In this document: positions 22,901 to 30,256 of the stretch, one piece after another
Position numbering within the stretch: the first letter of the stretch is position 1
How the letters are laid out: every line of letters starts with the position of its first letter
Source of the DNA: a virus
Taxonomy: Duplodnaviria; Caudoviricetes
DNA length: 34,225 nt
Reading direction: 5' to 3' (one strand)
IMG/VR virus record: IMGVR_UViG_3300020413_000033
Location: 1-34,225 of that record
Program-made: the position numbers and the translations under genes
Notes under the pieces: generated by a model
Told to the model about the DNA's origin: nothing
Database searches by the model: none
Seen by the model: the letters and a program-made list of their open reading frames with translations, nothing else

Positions 22901-25900
22901 CCAAATGAACCATATATTGGATTACCGTCATATGCCCATCCAACTATGCCTGAAGTCTCCACTCCATCATCGACAAACAATGAAGGGTCATAACCTGAAA
23001 CTGAATATTTTAAATTATTTTCAGTATCAGTTAATTGCTCTGATCCTAATTTTCTTTGATTATTAATTGTTAATTCTCTTATATTCAAATCAAATTTTGC
23101 ATTTTGCCCTGAAGATCTTACAACTATACTAGAATCAGTAGAATATCCAATACCAGGATTAGATACAATAACACTACTTATTCTTTGATTTGTCAATACT
23201 GGAGTTAAAACTGCACCAGCTCCTTTTCCAGTTGGATCTATCACTTCCAAATCAGGTAAAGAAAAGTACTCACTTCCTCCAAAATTAAGATTGACAGTAT
23301 CTATTTTACCATTTAAAATAAGTGGTGTCATAGAAGCACCTTTTCCTTTTTTAATTGATATTATTGGTTTTTTATCAAGATTAATAATTGTAGATCCATA
23401 ACCAGTTCCCTTTTCATAAAGATATGCATCAACTATAGAACCTTTTACTATTGGAGTAATTTCTATGGATTTTGGATCTATTACACCTATTACTGTACTA
23501 ACACCAATTGTAGATATACCAGATTGAATAAAATTAACAATTCCCTTTATATCAGGATATTTAAATTGTTGGTATCCAGTTCCTGAAGTGGTTCCAAATC
23601 CAACTACATTTTTTGTTGTAAAATTAGATGTATTAGTTCCATCAACACCACCATCGCATAATTGGAATGAATTATCATCATCCTTTAATACAAAATATTT
23701 GTTAGTTGTTGATAATCCAGTAATATTTCTTGGTTGTGTACTTCCAATACCTGCCATGACAGAATATTCAATTATATCTCCGTTGTTAAATCCATGATTT
23801 TCGAAATTAACACTATTAAAGTTTGTAGATATTCCTGATGGTTTAACAAACAATTTTCTATTTGTATAATTTTGACCACCATCGATAACTTTTATATCAA
23901 GTAAAGCTTGTTTTTGTACTACCTTAAATTTTTGATTACCTCCTCCGAATTTACCATTAAATCGAATTGCAAATGTGTTTATTCCGATTGAAGCTTGTTC
24001 AGGAGTTTCATACAACCTAACTGTTTTACTATTAACAATTTCTGGATAATATGAAGCAAAATTAGCAAGAGTACTATTTGTTATTCCTATACCTATGCTT
24101 GTATTTCCATTAGAATCATAAATTAAAGTTTCACCATCATTAAAATTATGATCCTCTGTAAATACTATTTTTCCTATGTCATCTGATGAAGTTGATGTGT
24201 TTATACCACCACCATCAGTAGTATTTCTTGCTTCAAAAACAACTTCCCTAAATCTTTCACCAAGAACTGGTTCTAAAACACATCCATTTCCATTTCCACC
24301 AGTAATACCAATTGAAATAATTTTTTCAATATCAAATGTTTGAGGAACTACTTTGATTGTTTCTACTTTACCTGACAATACTGGTTGTATAAGAGCTGTG
24401 GTACCTAATCCAGCAGAAATTGTAATATCTGGTAGATTAACAACATCATAATTTTCTCCAGAGTTCAATATAGAAACAGATTGAATAGGTCCAAATCTAA
24501 TTTTATCTAAAGACTTATAATTACTTATTTCAACTCCATTAATTAACATTCCTGTTCCACCAGAGATTGTTTCTACTTTTGATCCATTTTCTAAACTTGA
24601 AGGTAGTGGAAATTTCTTTAATAATTTTTGAGGACCAATGATTCCCGATTTTTGAGTAAATAAAGTAAATGTATGTGTGGAAGATGAACCTGCACCAACA
24701 GAAATAGGAATAAATTGATCTGTTTCGAGTCCAGCATTTGATGCATATAATTTAATTGAGTTTCCAGTTACTACGTTAACAAAATAAATTCCAGTTTTGA
24801 TTCCTGTTAATGGTGCACCAACAGGTGAATATTGAATTTTATCTCCAGTTTCAAATTCAACTTGAGTATCAAAATTTATTGTTGAAAAAGTTTGAGAATC
24901 CGAATCAATAGTATTCACCAATTGTCCAGTGCCATTTTCAATATTGAAAGAATATGATTTTATTTTTGTTTCTATTTTTTTATTAAAAGGAATAGAACTT
25001 TGATTTATGATACTACTATTGGTTCCTGGCAATGAATTTGAGGCAACATAGGCAAAACCATCATCATTAGAAAAATACACGTTCTGAACGTCAGAAGTAA
25101 CATTATAATTACCAAATTCTATTGGAGTATTGACACTAAATGCTTTTTGTAATTTTCTTCTAAATGAAGTATTAGAAACAGATCCTGTATATCCAAAACC
25201 TGTTAAAGATAATGACTTACTTCCATTAATAGTTTTTTCTGAAATGTATGGTATATTATCTCCTGATGTTGGAAACAACACAGTGCTAATTCCAGAGGTA
25301 AGTTCAACCTGATCACCTAATTTAAAACTTGATTGATCAATTGGACTTAGAAAAGAAATTGATTCTGATGTACTAGTTGAACTTACATCATAAGAAGATG
25401 CTGTATTATAAACCCATGAATTAGAAAATATTTGTTTATATGTTCTTCCTGTTTCTGGATTATTTACATTATCACCAACACTTTTAACAGACATTATGTC
25501 ACCATCATCAACAATTATTGATTTTGTCTGTACAAAATCTGATATCACACCAGAAAATCTTAATTTAACTATTTTTGATAAATCACCATTTTCATATCCA
25601 AAATAAAAATCATCAGAACGAACACTATCTGTAGGATTAATTGGACTATTAAATGATCCTGTGCTAGCTGCAGCACAACCTAAAAATTGGTTTACAGTTT
25701 TACTGGTATATGTTATTGTATTAATTCCAGATAAAATAATTCCTGAAGTATCAAACCCAACAGTTGAATCAACTGTAATAATTGAAGATCCCACTGATAC
25801 TGGATCAATTACTCTTGTATTTGGAATGATATTAAAGTTGTTTAAAATATCAATTGAACCTGAATCATCAACAAATAATTGAAATCTATAAAAAGTTCCA

Positions 25901-26760
25901 ACACCAACTCTAGTAAAAGGTTCGACTTCTGATACAGAAGCACTAATATCAGTATTGTTCAATTTAGATCTAAAAATTGACTGTCCCCTTAAAAGAAGAG
26001 GATCTCCAGAAATAACCTCTGCTGTTGCAATTTTTCTTACTACGTAATTTGCACTTGATGGTTTGAGTAAGTTTTCTTCTAAATTTAAAATTTCTGGAAC
26101 TTCATTATAAAGAACTTTGAAGAGTATTTCAAAAGATTTGTTTGTTCCTTTTGTCTCATATAAAGATTTTGCTTCTCGAATAAAATTACCAACATCAACA
26201 TTTTTATTAAAATCAGTTCCCTCTAATCCTGGTGTAAATGTTTTTTTAGTTTTTTGATAAAATTCCTTGAGAAATAATGCACTTAAATTTTGAACACTAC
26301 TACTGTCATTGTGATTATTAACTTGCGATGTTGAAAATACTAATTCTTCTTGATTTAAAGATTGATGGTATGAAGTGATTCCACTAAATCCTCGAATACA
26401 TCCTGTAAAGGCATTCGTGCTAATTCCAGTGTAAGTAATAATTTCGTCATCAATTTTTAATAATCCGTATTCTTTCGGAAATCCCTTGGTACTACTGACA
26501 TAAATCACATCAGCACCACTCGTAACAACACCAACTGTATTAGAGTTATCAACTATAACATCAGGAGTTAAGTTATCTAATTTTAAATATTGATCTAAAT
26601 TTTCAGAGATATTTGTAGGAGCACCCTGATACTCTTGAGAAATATAATATTGTTTTAAAAAATCGACAGCCTCAGGACTCTCATCCAAAATAAAATCTGG
26701 AAGTTGATTTGATATTATATCTTGAATTTTGACCTTACTTTCAAATCCTGTTTGTATCAT
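13957..26760 (-). CDS. gp7: Baseplate wedge initiator gp7-like giant protein
   Basis: 4267 aa between gp6 and gp8. N-terminal FLKQYYISQE, LYETKGT.KSFEILFKVLY and internal DNDYYQNLSYSVKS..LHTSGLKNF, characteristic of cyanophage gp7. Confidence 0.88.
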   Translation of the reverse strand: MIQTGFESKVKIQDIISNQLPDFILDESPEAVDFLKQYYISQEYQGAPTNISENLDQYLKLDNLTPDVIVDNSNTVGVVTSGADVIYVSSTKGFPKEYGLLKIDDEIITYTGISTNAFTGCIRGFSGITSYHQSLNQEELVFSTSQVNNHNDSSSVQNLSALFLKEFYQKTKKTFTPGLEGTDFNKNVDVGNFIREAKSLYETKGTNKSFEILFKVLYNEVPEILNLEENLLKPSSANYVVRKIATAEVISGDPLLLRGQSIFRSKLNNTDISASVSEVEPFTRVGVGTFYRFQLFVDDSGSIDILNNFNIIPNTRVIDPVSVGSSIITVDSTVGFDTSGIILSGINTITYTSKTVNQFLGCAAASTGSFNSPINPTDSVRSDDFYFGYENGDLSKIVKLRFSGVISDFVQTKSIIVDDGDIMSVKSVGDNVNNPETGRTYKQIFSNSWVYNTASSYDVSSTSTSESISFLSPIDQSSFKLGDQVELTSGISTVLFPTSGDNIPYISEKTINGSKSLSLTGFGYTGSVSNTSFRRKLQKAFSVNTPIEFGNYNVTSDVQNVYFSNDDGFAYVASNSLPGTNSSIINQSSIPFNKKIETKIKSYSFNIENGTGQLVNTIDSDSQTFSTINFDTQVEFETGDKIQYSPVGAPLTGIKTGIYFVNVVTGNSIKLYASNAGLETDQFIPISVGAGSSSTHTFTLFTQKSGIIGPQKLLKKFPLPSSLENGSKVETISGGTGMLINGVEISNYKSLDKIRFGPIQSVSILNSGENYDVVNLPDITISAGLGTTALIQPVLSGKVETIKVVPQTFDIEKIISIGITGGNGNGCVLEPVLGERFREVVFEARNTTDGGGINTSTSSDDIGKIVFTEDHNFNDGETLIYDSNGNTSIGIGITNSTLANFASYYPEIVNSKTVRLYETPEQASIGINTFAIRFNGKFGGGNQKFKVVQKQALLDIKVIDGGQNYTNRKLFVKPSGISTNFNSVNFENHGFNNGDIIEYSVMAGIGSTQPRNITGLSTTNKYFVLKDDDNSFQLCDGGVDGTNTSNFTTKNVVGFGTTSGTGYQQFKYPDIKGIVNFIQSGISTIGVSTVIGVIDPKSIEITPIVKGSIVDAYLYEKGTGYGSTIINLDKKPIISIKKGKGASMTPLILNGKIDTVNLNFGGSEYFSLPDLEVIDPTGKGAGAVLTPVLTNQRISSVIVSNPGIGYSTDSSIVVRSSGQNAKFDLNIRELTINNQRKLGSEQLTDTENNLKYSVSGYDPSLFVDDGVETSGIVGWAYDGNPIYGSFGLVNPNEDPSNPVSGTKRLQSGYSIDLSKVENRPEGFENGYFVEDYKFDSLTGDLDEHNGRFEKTEEFPDGIYAYHAITNNKNNPVFPYFIGNSYRSLPIEENIGNVDQSNFDFNTSDILRNTFPYKVSDKFANNDFIVETNELENQLIEIKSTTSGSINQLEIVNDGSDYKINEILQFDNSETSGSGLSAKITSIKGKTLNSLETTIEDFDNSLIAWNEDKLTVAITTSTTNTLKNNDMVKISGISTNLSRINGSYKIGITTFVGNTISTISASDVIGITTEIYVSNIPESVSIGSSIKIGSETLEILNKYDSLNILRVKRGPANYGTEHSPNTVVEFLPNSFTINKKVDYFESYQKKKIFFNPAEAVGLGTTTGSSYNVSFKFANNDVQRNIPVKQIYIENHPFETNDKINFVQFGSNAISISTDTNAGTFNLPSSNLYVVKKGSNTIGIKTGIGTDVYGNNYGEVFFRNINSANSDLYLFESVEDTQVLSKVQSFKTTVSVSTSHELSENDSITLNIKPKVNSGIGSDEKVVLKRDLITGNLLVNPIEFGSSNVNISDNTIGISTNYLKTGDKVLYSGSASGLSTGNYFVYKVKDKLIKLCETSFDALQPIPNVVEITGTGSSGQTISLINPQIESIKNRNLVFDHTDSSIDDYDFKIYYDQGFKNEFVSTGSTAAFNVSTASSITTITYTDGLPRTLYYNLNKSGFISTSDTNVDNYSEILYVNSKYNESYTISGVGVTSFNVFLKDAPEESLYTPTKCDVFEYFTNSKTAKGSINKVNIISEGSGYQKLPEFVGTGSTSSGKDAIISPKSDDIGNVSEIRIINQGFEFSSDKTLEPTAYISPIIQLKNSNSVGVVTVTFGGRNFNDPPNVILVDSNTGTLVDKGFLQANMVDNSITSVDIVEKPYGLPDNTVRVATTNNTNGITISEVDTISSTEFNITLLTPTLGFPNPPLTTNDSIFIEGIEKYGTEGSGFNSEDLGYNFLPITSVIATNPFKFRVNAIGITTNVGIAVTTPTRFTSVVKQSDYPVLTATQVREGYKIGESIIKDNVVLDIKISDSTSTFIKVSGTDVDQLNVNDTITGRTSGNISKIEKIINNLGRYKVDFSSTKNIGWFDDIGKLDLDTQVIPDNDYYQNLSYSVKSPIEWNELQTPVNNLLHTSGLKNFADTGITSTSNIGIGSTSFTSSINDIIEENRVDAINDIDLVSDKDVLGDVARLIDFKNITLSDFIKCNTNDVFLIDNINSEFSNLEDNLNVFLDVLEVPNSGEYTNLLLKITNNDKTGITTQIQLSEIVIVNRDDAGVDNNLNTNVLLEKYEVINSGTDYQSLEEDRFGSFELFQDPDTNITTLRFTPTEKFEIDYDVKVLQSSFTNVVSSASSVNVGPINNNAFIGTFTGGSTNEILTISTNEINSFFVNSQIVNNSTGESNFVENYVTHDGQDTYIAEAYIDSKDSSLSNNRIGILTATLSGQSLSFKYENTTSDIVTIRSKITGFGDPDVGIGTYRYKSADQIDGSERSMIYEGFARSGVGTTSVVELNSGLFDAVKSLVEVNSTTGSRAVHEVLSVRDSQGVYVQPAQYLTSGDGNLGLGTFGGNINGNNFEVLFHPDDLVGVTTVSVFNQAFYKGFDRFNIPNSLNYGEGLREDIFFKLYNAINGERVNRKDFELRTDNIPIFSKTFNPNSVSLAATTGTFNINSHFFRTNEELIYTPESTVIGIGSTGIQYKSSTGSMEELPSTVFAIKVNDDSFQISTTRSGTAVTFTGLGEGNRHKFTMAKRNEKSLLTIDDVIQYPVSPSSVTYNLENNIGGGIGISTEIISLSGISTIVPDDIMQIENEFMRVTNVGFGTTSYGPITPGLSSVGNFSLVQVKRGSVGTSVSSYSDGAQIDKFKGSFNIVDSTVHFLDAPRGNPDIQVTSSGLLLETSEFQGRVFLRNDYGSNLIFDDVSNNFNGITTSFTLTVGGANTIGIGTSGGNGILMINGVFQTPSTDNNPSNNFKIIESGSGATGVTSMVFSGISSIGTNELVIDPTDVNNNDIPRGGIPISFGSTTGLGYAPLVGARVRAVLDGGGGITTHVGVATTGSALAISTASYNNNTGILSIRTSDAHNIKFSDPNVDEVKLLGLEFDCPAGHAGITTTIFPDGTIGDKFAIIGTGVGIGSTNEIRVNVGTSTIPHSYVGSGTAFPWYGHLTLGSGYNNIVSIGITISDPTGSNARITATPKQYNTHSFDAANSILNNSIRKNSFSGLSFTPTGATYAPDTGLLVLSFGTAHGMNGSDTIGIKTASLAFRCSQDDFNSLHYYPRSTDPVAGVQTSILSFTTNTLTVDVGKSNVNTGGALQFTVEESGSGYTDPEIYVTLPSYDNLSVKGISRVGLGSTSVTGTGLLVTPVVSASSTTGIGSGFFEFTEFVQNRSGYAFERGDVFQPVGLVTDRRLYKPYKESTVEIERVYKDDFCMWQFGELDFLDSIQSLQNGSRTRFPLKYNALPITLKLDPDLDSSLESLLVVFINGVLQEPNVSYEFIGSGSINFREPLDPSAKVALYFYKGTDGVDSFVSTGTTSIFELGDQVQIIGNSQLGGQDRRRIKSLDTESSLETISYRGVGIDTTGTIDRPIKLLKQKEDVIIDNILISKKRKNLEPIILPTAKIIGDFNTSDTVFYVDNAELFDYEKNPSGTNLKFGNTIISGKPVETAEVSAVVSAAGTVQFLNIINSGVGYTVGAAVSITIGAPIGVSVGTITRDQFAVVGVSTFASASVTVGAAGTIETVSITNAGLGYSQTNPPRVIIESPQSDEEIVTTPDLGVSVQSTSGIITGIGTTVIGSTLGIKFIGINTVTSGSGSFDVIQVGKPIYIYNTGVGAGLTSMDISGIHTVGIGTEFVDNVYSVAQFTTRGSAPSVVGIITCTIKSDTNTIGIAATAGIGADDQVGNYSLGALSNITRSSSPVSIGVTGLTVNSGLSSFPTIQRRGMSGGDTFSETGGLETPI

Positions 26761-26761
26761 A

Positions 26762-28675
26762 TTAATCTCTGATTATCTTTCCATTCGAATAACTTGATGT
26801 ATAAAAATCGTTGGTGAATTTAACACCAGAGATTTCATCACCAGATGCAATTACGTCTCTTACCATATTTATGGTACTTTTTGAGATGCTAAATGAGAGA
26901 TACAAATCCTTCAATCCAATTACATCATTTGATTCTGGAAAAGCTTGTATTTCAATAATATCATTTGGTTTTTCTGTTGATAAAATATTTATTGTAGTTA
27001 GAATAACTTCACCTTTAATATAATCAACTGTTCCAGCATCTCCAATAATAACTCTTGAATTTACACCATCTATAAGTTTAACAATTGCAAGTGTTCCAGT
27101 TTGAAGATCTTCCTTTGGGACATCAGTCAAATAAACAGTTGATGATTCGCCAGGTATTGTAAATCCTGTAGACTTAACATTAAACCCTCTAGGATCAACA
27201 TGAAACTGATTACCAAAACATAATTCGTACTGTGCAAACTGATTTACAGATGCCTGTAAATCTCTTCTGACAGTAACTTTTGTAATATTTGATGTAATTG
27301 CCTCATCTGTATCATCAATAATCTGTAAAACTTTACTATATTTAAATCTGCCTCCAAATTTGTTTAAATTTGATGATTTAGAGTATTCTGTAAGACTACT
27401 TATAACATTTGTCTTTAATGTACTCACATTCGAGACAAAAGAATCATTGAAATAGACACTTGAATTGATTTCAACGTACAATATTTTCAAATCAGTTATT
27501 TTTTGATTGATTCCTGATACTGAATACTGTTTCAACCTTGATAAAATGTTTGTTTTGTCAAAATTCGAGATAGAATTGCCGTTTTTTGGTTTAATACTAA
27601 TTAAAACGTTTCCAAATTCAGGAGGACTGAGTTCTTCACCCCCAACAACGGAAACCGACTCTGTATCTGGGTAAATATTGCGAATAATTGCCTCATAATC
27701 TCTTGCTGTTACAGCACGATTCTGTGCCGAGTAGCTTAATGGTGAGTAATACTTGATGGAATCAACAGATTCAATATTTCCACCGTTCTGAGAGGCATTT
27801 ATAGTCGTTAGATTAACTCTTTCAATCGAAACGTCGACATTTTCTTGATTTTGAATGATTCCTGAGAATGCAAATTCTTTTGCACCATTCCCATCAATAC
27901 CATCAGTCGTTAAATAATGAACTGTGATGAAAACTCCGTCTCCATCTCCCCCAGATTCCAGTTTTTTTCCAAAAATCCCATCACCAAATCGAAGTTCATA
28001 CCTTTCATCCTGTATTTCACGTACAAAATAGATTCTAGAGGTTGATTGTACATCAATTATATTACTTACAGGTGAATATTCGATTCCTAACTCTGCTGAA
28101 TCATTACTTACATACACTCGAATCTTCGAAGTATCAATATTTTGGTTATTTAAGATAAATCTTTGATCAATTGACCCATCAAATTGAAATTTTTTCGTTA
28201 AAAAGACTCCTTGACTTATATTAAGGTTTGAAAAAGTCGCAATTCTGTCCACAACTGATGTTGTAACCTTTTCTACAACTGAAAATATGTAAGATGATCC
28301 TGATACACTACCAGTGCAGACTAATCCTGGTTGTAATGTAACTGTTGGAGTCTGCCCAGAGTCATCATCAGACAGTGTAACTGTTAAATTAACCTGTGCA
28401 GTCGATGATGTTCTTGAACGAGGTGTATATCCGATGTTACCTGCGAGTGATACAACGTTTTCACGCAGTGTTGCCGAGTCGAGAAAGGACTCATTTACAA
28501 CAAGATTCGAGTTAAACGAGGTAATGTAAGTATTATATGCTAATGTATCAATCAGAATCGACATATTCGATCCCTCAAAGTCAAAATCAGTAAAATTTGA
28601 GTTTGCTCTGAGATAATCTTTGATCGAAGTCTTAATCTGATCAAAATCTAGATTTGAAAATTTGGTAAAAGGCAT
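26762..28675 (-). CDS. gp6: Baseplate wedge subunit gp6
   Basis: 637 aa with LDFDQIK, FTDFDFEGS, LAYNTY, NESFLDSATLRENVVSLA, FGDGIFGK and QNRAVTARDY. Confidence 0.96.
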   Translation of the reverse strand: MPFTKFSNLDFDQIKTSIKDYLRANSNFTDFDFEGSNMSILIDTLAYNTYITSFNSNLVVNESFLDSATLRENVVSLAGNIGYTPRSRTSSTAQVNLTVTLSDDDSGQTPTVTLQPGLVCTGSVSGSSYIFSVVEKVTTSVVDRIATFSNLNISQGVFLTKKFQFDGSIDQRFILNNQNIDTSKIRVYVSNDSAELGIEYSPVSNIIDVQSTSRIYFVREIQDERYELRFGDGIFGKKLESGGDGDGVFITVHYLTTDGIDGNGAKEFAFSGIIQNQENVDVSIERVNLTTINASQNGGNIESVDSIKYYSPLSYSAQNRAVTARDYEAIIRNIYPDTESVSVVGGEELSPPEFGNVLISIKPKNGNSISNFDKTNILSRLKQYSVSGINQKITDLKILYVEINSSVYFNDSFVSNVSTLKTNVISSLTEYSKSSNLNKFGGRFKYSKVLQIIDDTDEAITSNITKVTVRRDLQASVNQFAQYELCFGNQFHVDPRGFNVKSTGFTIPGESSTVYLTDVPKEDLQTGTLAIVKLIDGVNSRVIIGDAGTVDYIKGEVILTTINILSTEKPNDIIEIQAFPESNDVIGLKDLYLSFSISKSTINMVRDVIASGDEISGVKFTNDFYTSSYSNGKIIRD

Positions 28676-28679
28676 GTGA

Positions 28680-29081
28680 TTATCTTGTTGTCTCTAATAT
28701 AAATGAATATTCCTGTGTTGGAAACTGTTGACCTATAATATCAAAACTCACAACTACATCAAATGAGTTTTCATCGGGTGTCGGAGCAACCTCAACATTA
28801 ACTTTATCGACTCTTGGTTCATAATTACGAATTGAAGTCTCAATTTGGTCTTGTATGATAGATGCAGTACCATAATCTACGAAACCAAACAAACTTTGAT
28901 ATACGTCAGATCCAAAATCCGAGTCAAAAAACTTTTCAGTCGGAATTGTTTGCACAATATTACGAATTGAACGACGAATCGCACTCTCATTCTTGATAAC
29001 TGGTAAGTCTTTTGTAACTGGATGAGGTTTAAAGGACAAACTAATGTCTTTAAATGCTCTTGATATCCTCGAATTCGACAT
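28680..29081 (-). CDS. gp25: Baseplate wedge subunit gp25
   Basis: 133 aa with FKDISLSF.PHP, NESAIRRSIRNIV.T..EK.F...FGS and IRNYEPRV (GPW/gp25 family pattern). Confidence 0.94.
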   Translation of the reverse strand: MSNSRISRAFKDISLSFKPHPVTKDLPVIKNESAIRRSIRNIVQTIPTEKFFDSDFGSDVYQSLFGFVDYGTASIIQDQIETSIRNYEPRVDKVNVEVAPTPDENSFDVVVSFDIIGQQFPTQEYSFILETTR

Positions 29082-29098
29082 ATAACAAGTTTTTTATT

Positions 29099-29106
29099 TA
29101 TTTATA
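29099..29106 (-). promoter_or_regulatory. T4-type late promoter TATAAATA heading the structural operon
   Basis: Exact TATAAATA 17 nt upstream of the gp25 ATG and just downstream of a terminator. Confidence 0.85.
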
Positions 29107-29120
29107 CTAGATTTTCCAAT

Positions 29121-29144
29121 AAAAAAGCACTCAATAATGAGTGC
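29121..29144 (-). terminator. Rho-independent terminator
   Basis: Minus strand GCACTCA-TTAT-TGAGTGC followed by TTTTTT, 5 nt after the stop of the 48-aa ORF. Confidence 0.88.
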
Positions 29145-29149
29145 ACTGG

Positions 29150-29296
29150 TTATTTACCCTGTCCTCGGTATCTTTTTTTAGGTTTATTACGAGAAGTTGC
29201 CGAGTATTTCGTGTGTTTTCCCATTCCTTGACGAGACTTTTTCGGAATCGTCTCTACATAAGTGCCTCCAAGAAGACCTTGTTTAACCTTCGACAT
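29150..29296 (-). CDS. Very basic 48-aa microprotein
   Basis: Not in track. MSKVKQGLLGGTYVETIPKKSRQGMGKHTKYSATSRNKPKKRYRGQGK, with AAGGAG Shine-Dalgarno 8 nt before the ATG and a terminator directly after. Confidence 0.82.
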   Translation of the reverse strand: MSKVKQGLLGGTYVETIPKKSRQGMGKHTKYSATSRNKPKKRYRGQGK

Positions 29297-29474
29297 TTAA
29301 ATCACTCCTTTTAATAATAGTTTCAATTTCATCACTGGTTGGATGTCCTGTTTTGTAGAATTCAATCGCATAATCTTGCATACGTTCGAAGTATTCAAGT
29401 TCTGTTAAATCGGAAAAGACTTCTTTTCCTTTTATTTTAATCGTATAACGATCAGATGACTCTTGTTTTTTCAT
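29283..29474 (-). CDS. Hypothetical protein (probable start MKKQESSDRY rather than track start 29528)
   Basis: Fills the gap between the glycosyltransferase-like gene and the microprotein. The ATG at 29474 gives only a short overlap with the upstream gene. Confidence 0.65.
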   Translation of the reverse strand: MKKQESSDRYTIKIKGKEVFSDLTELEYFERMQDYAIEFYKTGHPTSDEIETIIKRSDLNVEG

Positions 29475-30234
29475 GTCCGACACGGATTCTTGGATCACAC
29501 CAAATTTCAAAACCTGCATCTTTTGCATCTAAACAAAAACTGACATCTTCACCACACATATCCTGTACTTCACCAGATTCGAAAACCTGCATCTTCGGTG
29601 CAAACCATGGATAAGGAATACCTTCGTGTTCAAATACTCCATGCTTAATTAATAACCATCCGAAACCTGTATAATCAACTGTGAAAGGTTTCTTTCTTTT
29701 TGACATACTTTCAATTGTTTCATGATTCATCACACCACCATTGTTACGGAAATCATCTTCCTCTAACCAATGTGCTACAGAAGTTGTTTTACCATCTTCG
29801 GTACAGTACCAACCTGCAACAAGTTCTCTTTCTGCTTCTCCTTCTGGATGTGCATCTAAAATTAATTGCCAGAACTTCTCAGAACTAAAAACAATATCTG
29901 AGTCAATCCATAATTGCCAATCATATTTAAGCTTACCATCCCATGGTATTTGCTTTGGTCCTCGAAGAACGTTTGCACCTAAACATTTACAACGGGCAAA
30001 GTTCACCATTGATGAATAATCTTGTGATATTTGTATGCTTGCTCCTGATTGTACAAGATCAAAACATAATTGTACAAAGTTTTTTAGAAATATGTATGAG
30101 ACTCCTCGACCTGGTAGACAAAAGACAATTGATTTTCCTTTTACCAATTCTCTTGCTCTATTATAATCCCATTCTGGTGTAGATGATTTGTTAATTGTAG
30201 GTGATTTTGCCTTTACTGTAAATCCTTTAGCCAT
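29452..30234 (-). CDS. Glycosyltransferase-like protein (GT-A fold, GT2-like)
   Basis: 260 aa. Beta1 IVFCLPG, NFARCK, DxD motif in WQLWIDSDIVF, GFGWLLI, GEDVSFC catalytic-base motif and C-terminal VGHEK appear in the order typical of GT-A enzymes. Confidence 0.75.
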   Translation of the reverse strand: MAKGFTVKAKSPTINKSSTPEWDYNRARELVKGKSIVFCLPGRGVSYIFLKNFVQLCFDLVQSGASIQISQDYSSMVNFARCKCLGANVLRGPKQIPWDGKLKYDWQLWIDSDIVFSSEKFWQLILDAHPEGEAERELVAGWYCTEDGKTTSVAHWLEEDDFRNNGGVMNHETIESMSKRKKPFTVDYTGFGWLLIKHGVFEHEGIPYPWFAPKMQVFESGEVQDMCGEDVSFCLDAKDAGFEIWCDPRIRVGHEKTRVI

Positions 30235-30256
30235 AATTTGTTGTTGTTATATTCAT

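Noticed and set aside
3288-25882. Numerous plus-strand ORFs of 60-140 aa in the track, opposite the structural genes
   Set aside because: They are antisense shadows of long minus-strand genes with biased codons (Pro/Val/Ile-rich mirror of Gly/Thr/Asn codons), with no RBS, promoter or recognisable motifs.
4808-26760. Intein, intron, DGR variable repeat or programmed frameshift explaining the giant ORFs
   Set aside because: Both frames are open throughout. I saw no intein or homing-endonuclease motifs, no reverse transcriptase and no long nucleotide-level repeat pair, though manual reading could miss a diverged one.
29700-30182. Three plus-strand ORFs opposite the glycosyltransferase-like gene
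   Set aside because: Antisense to a motif-rich conserved gene, with no coding signals.
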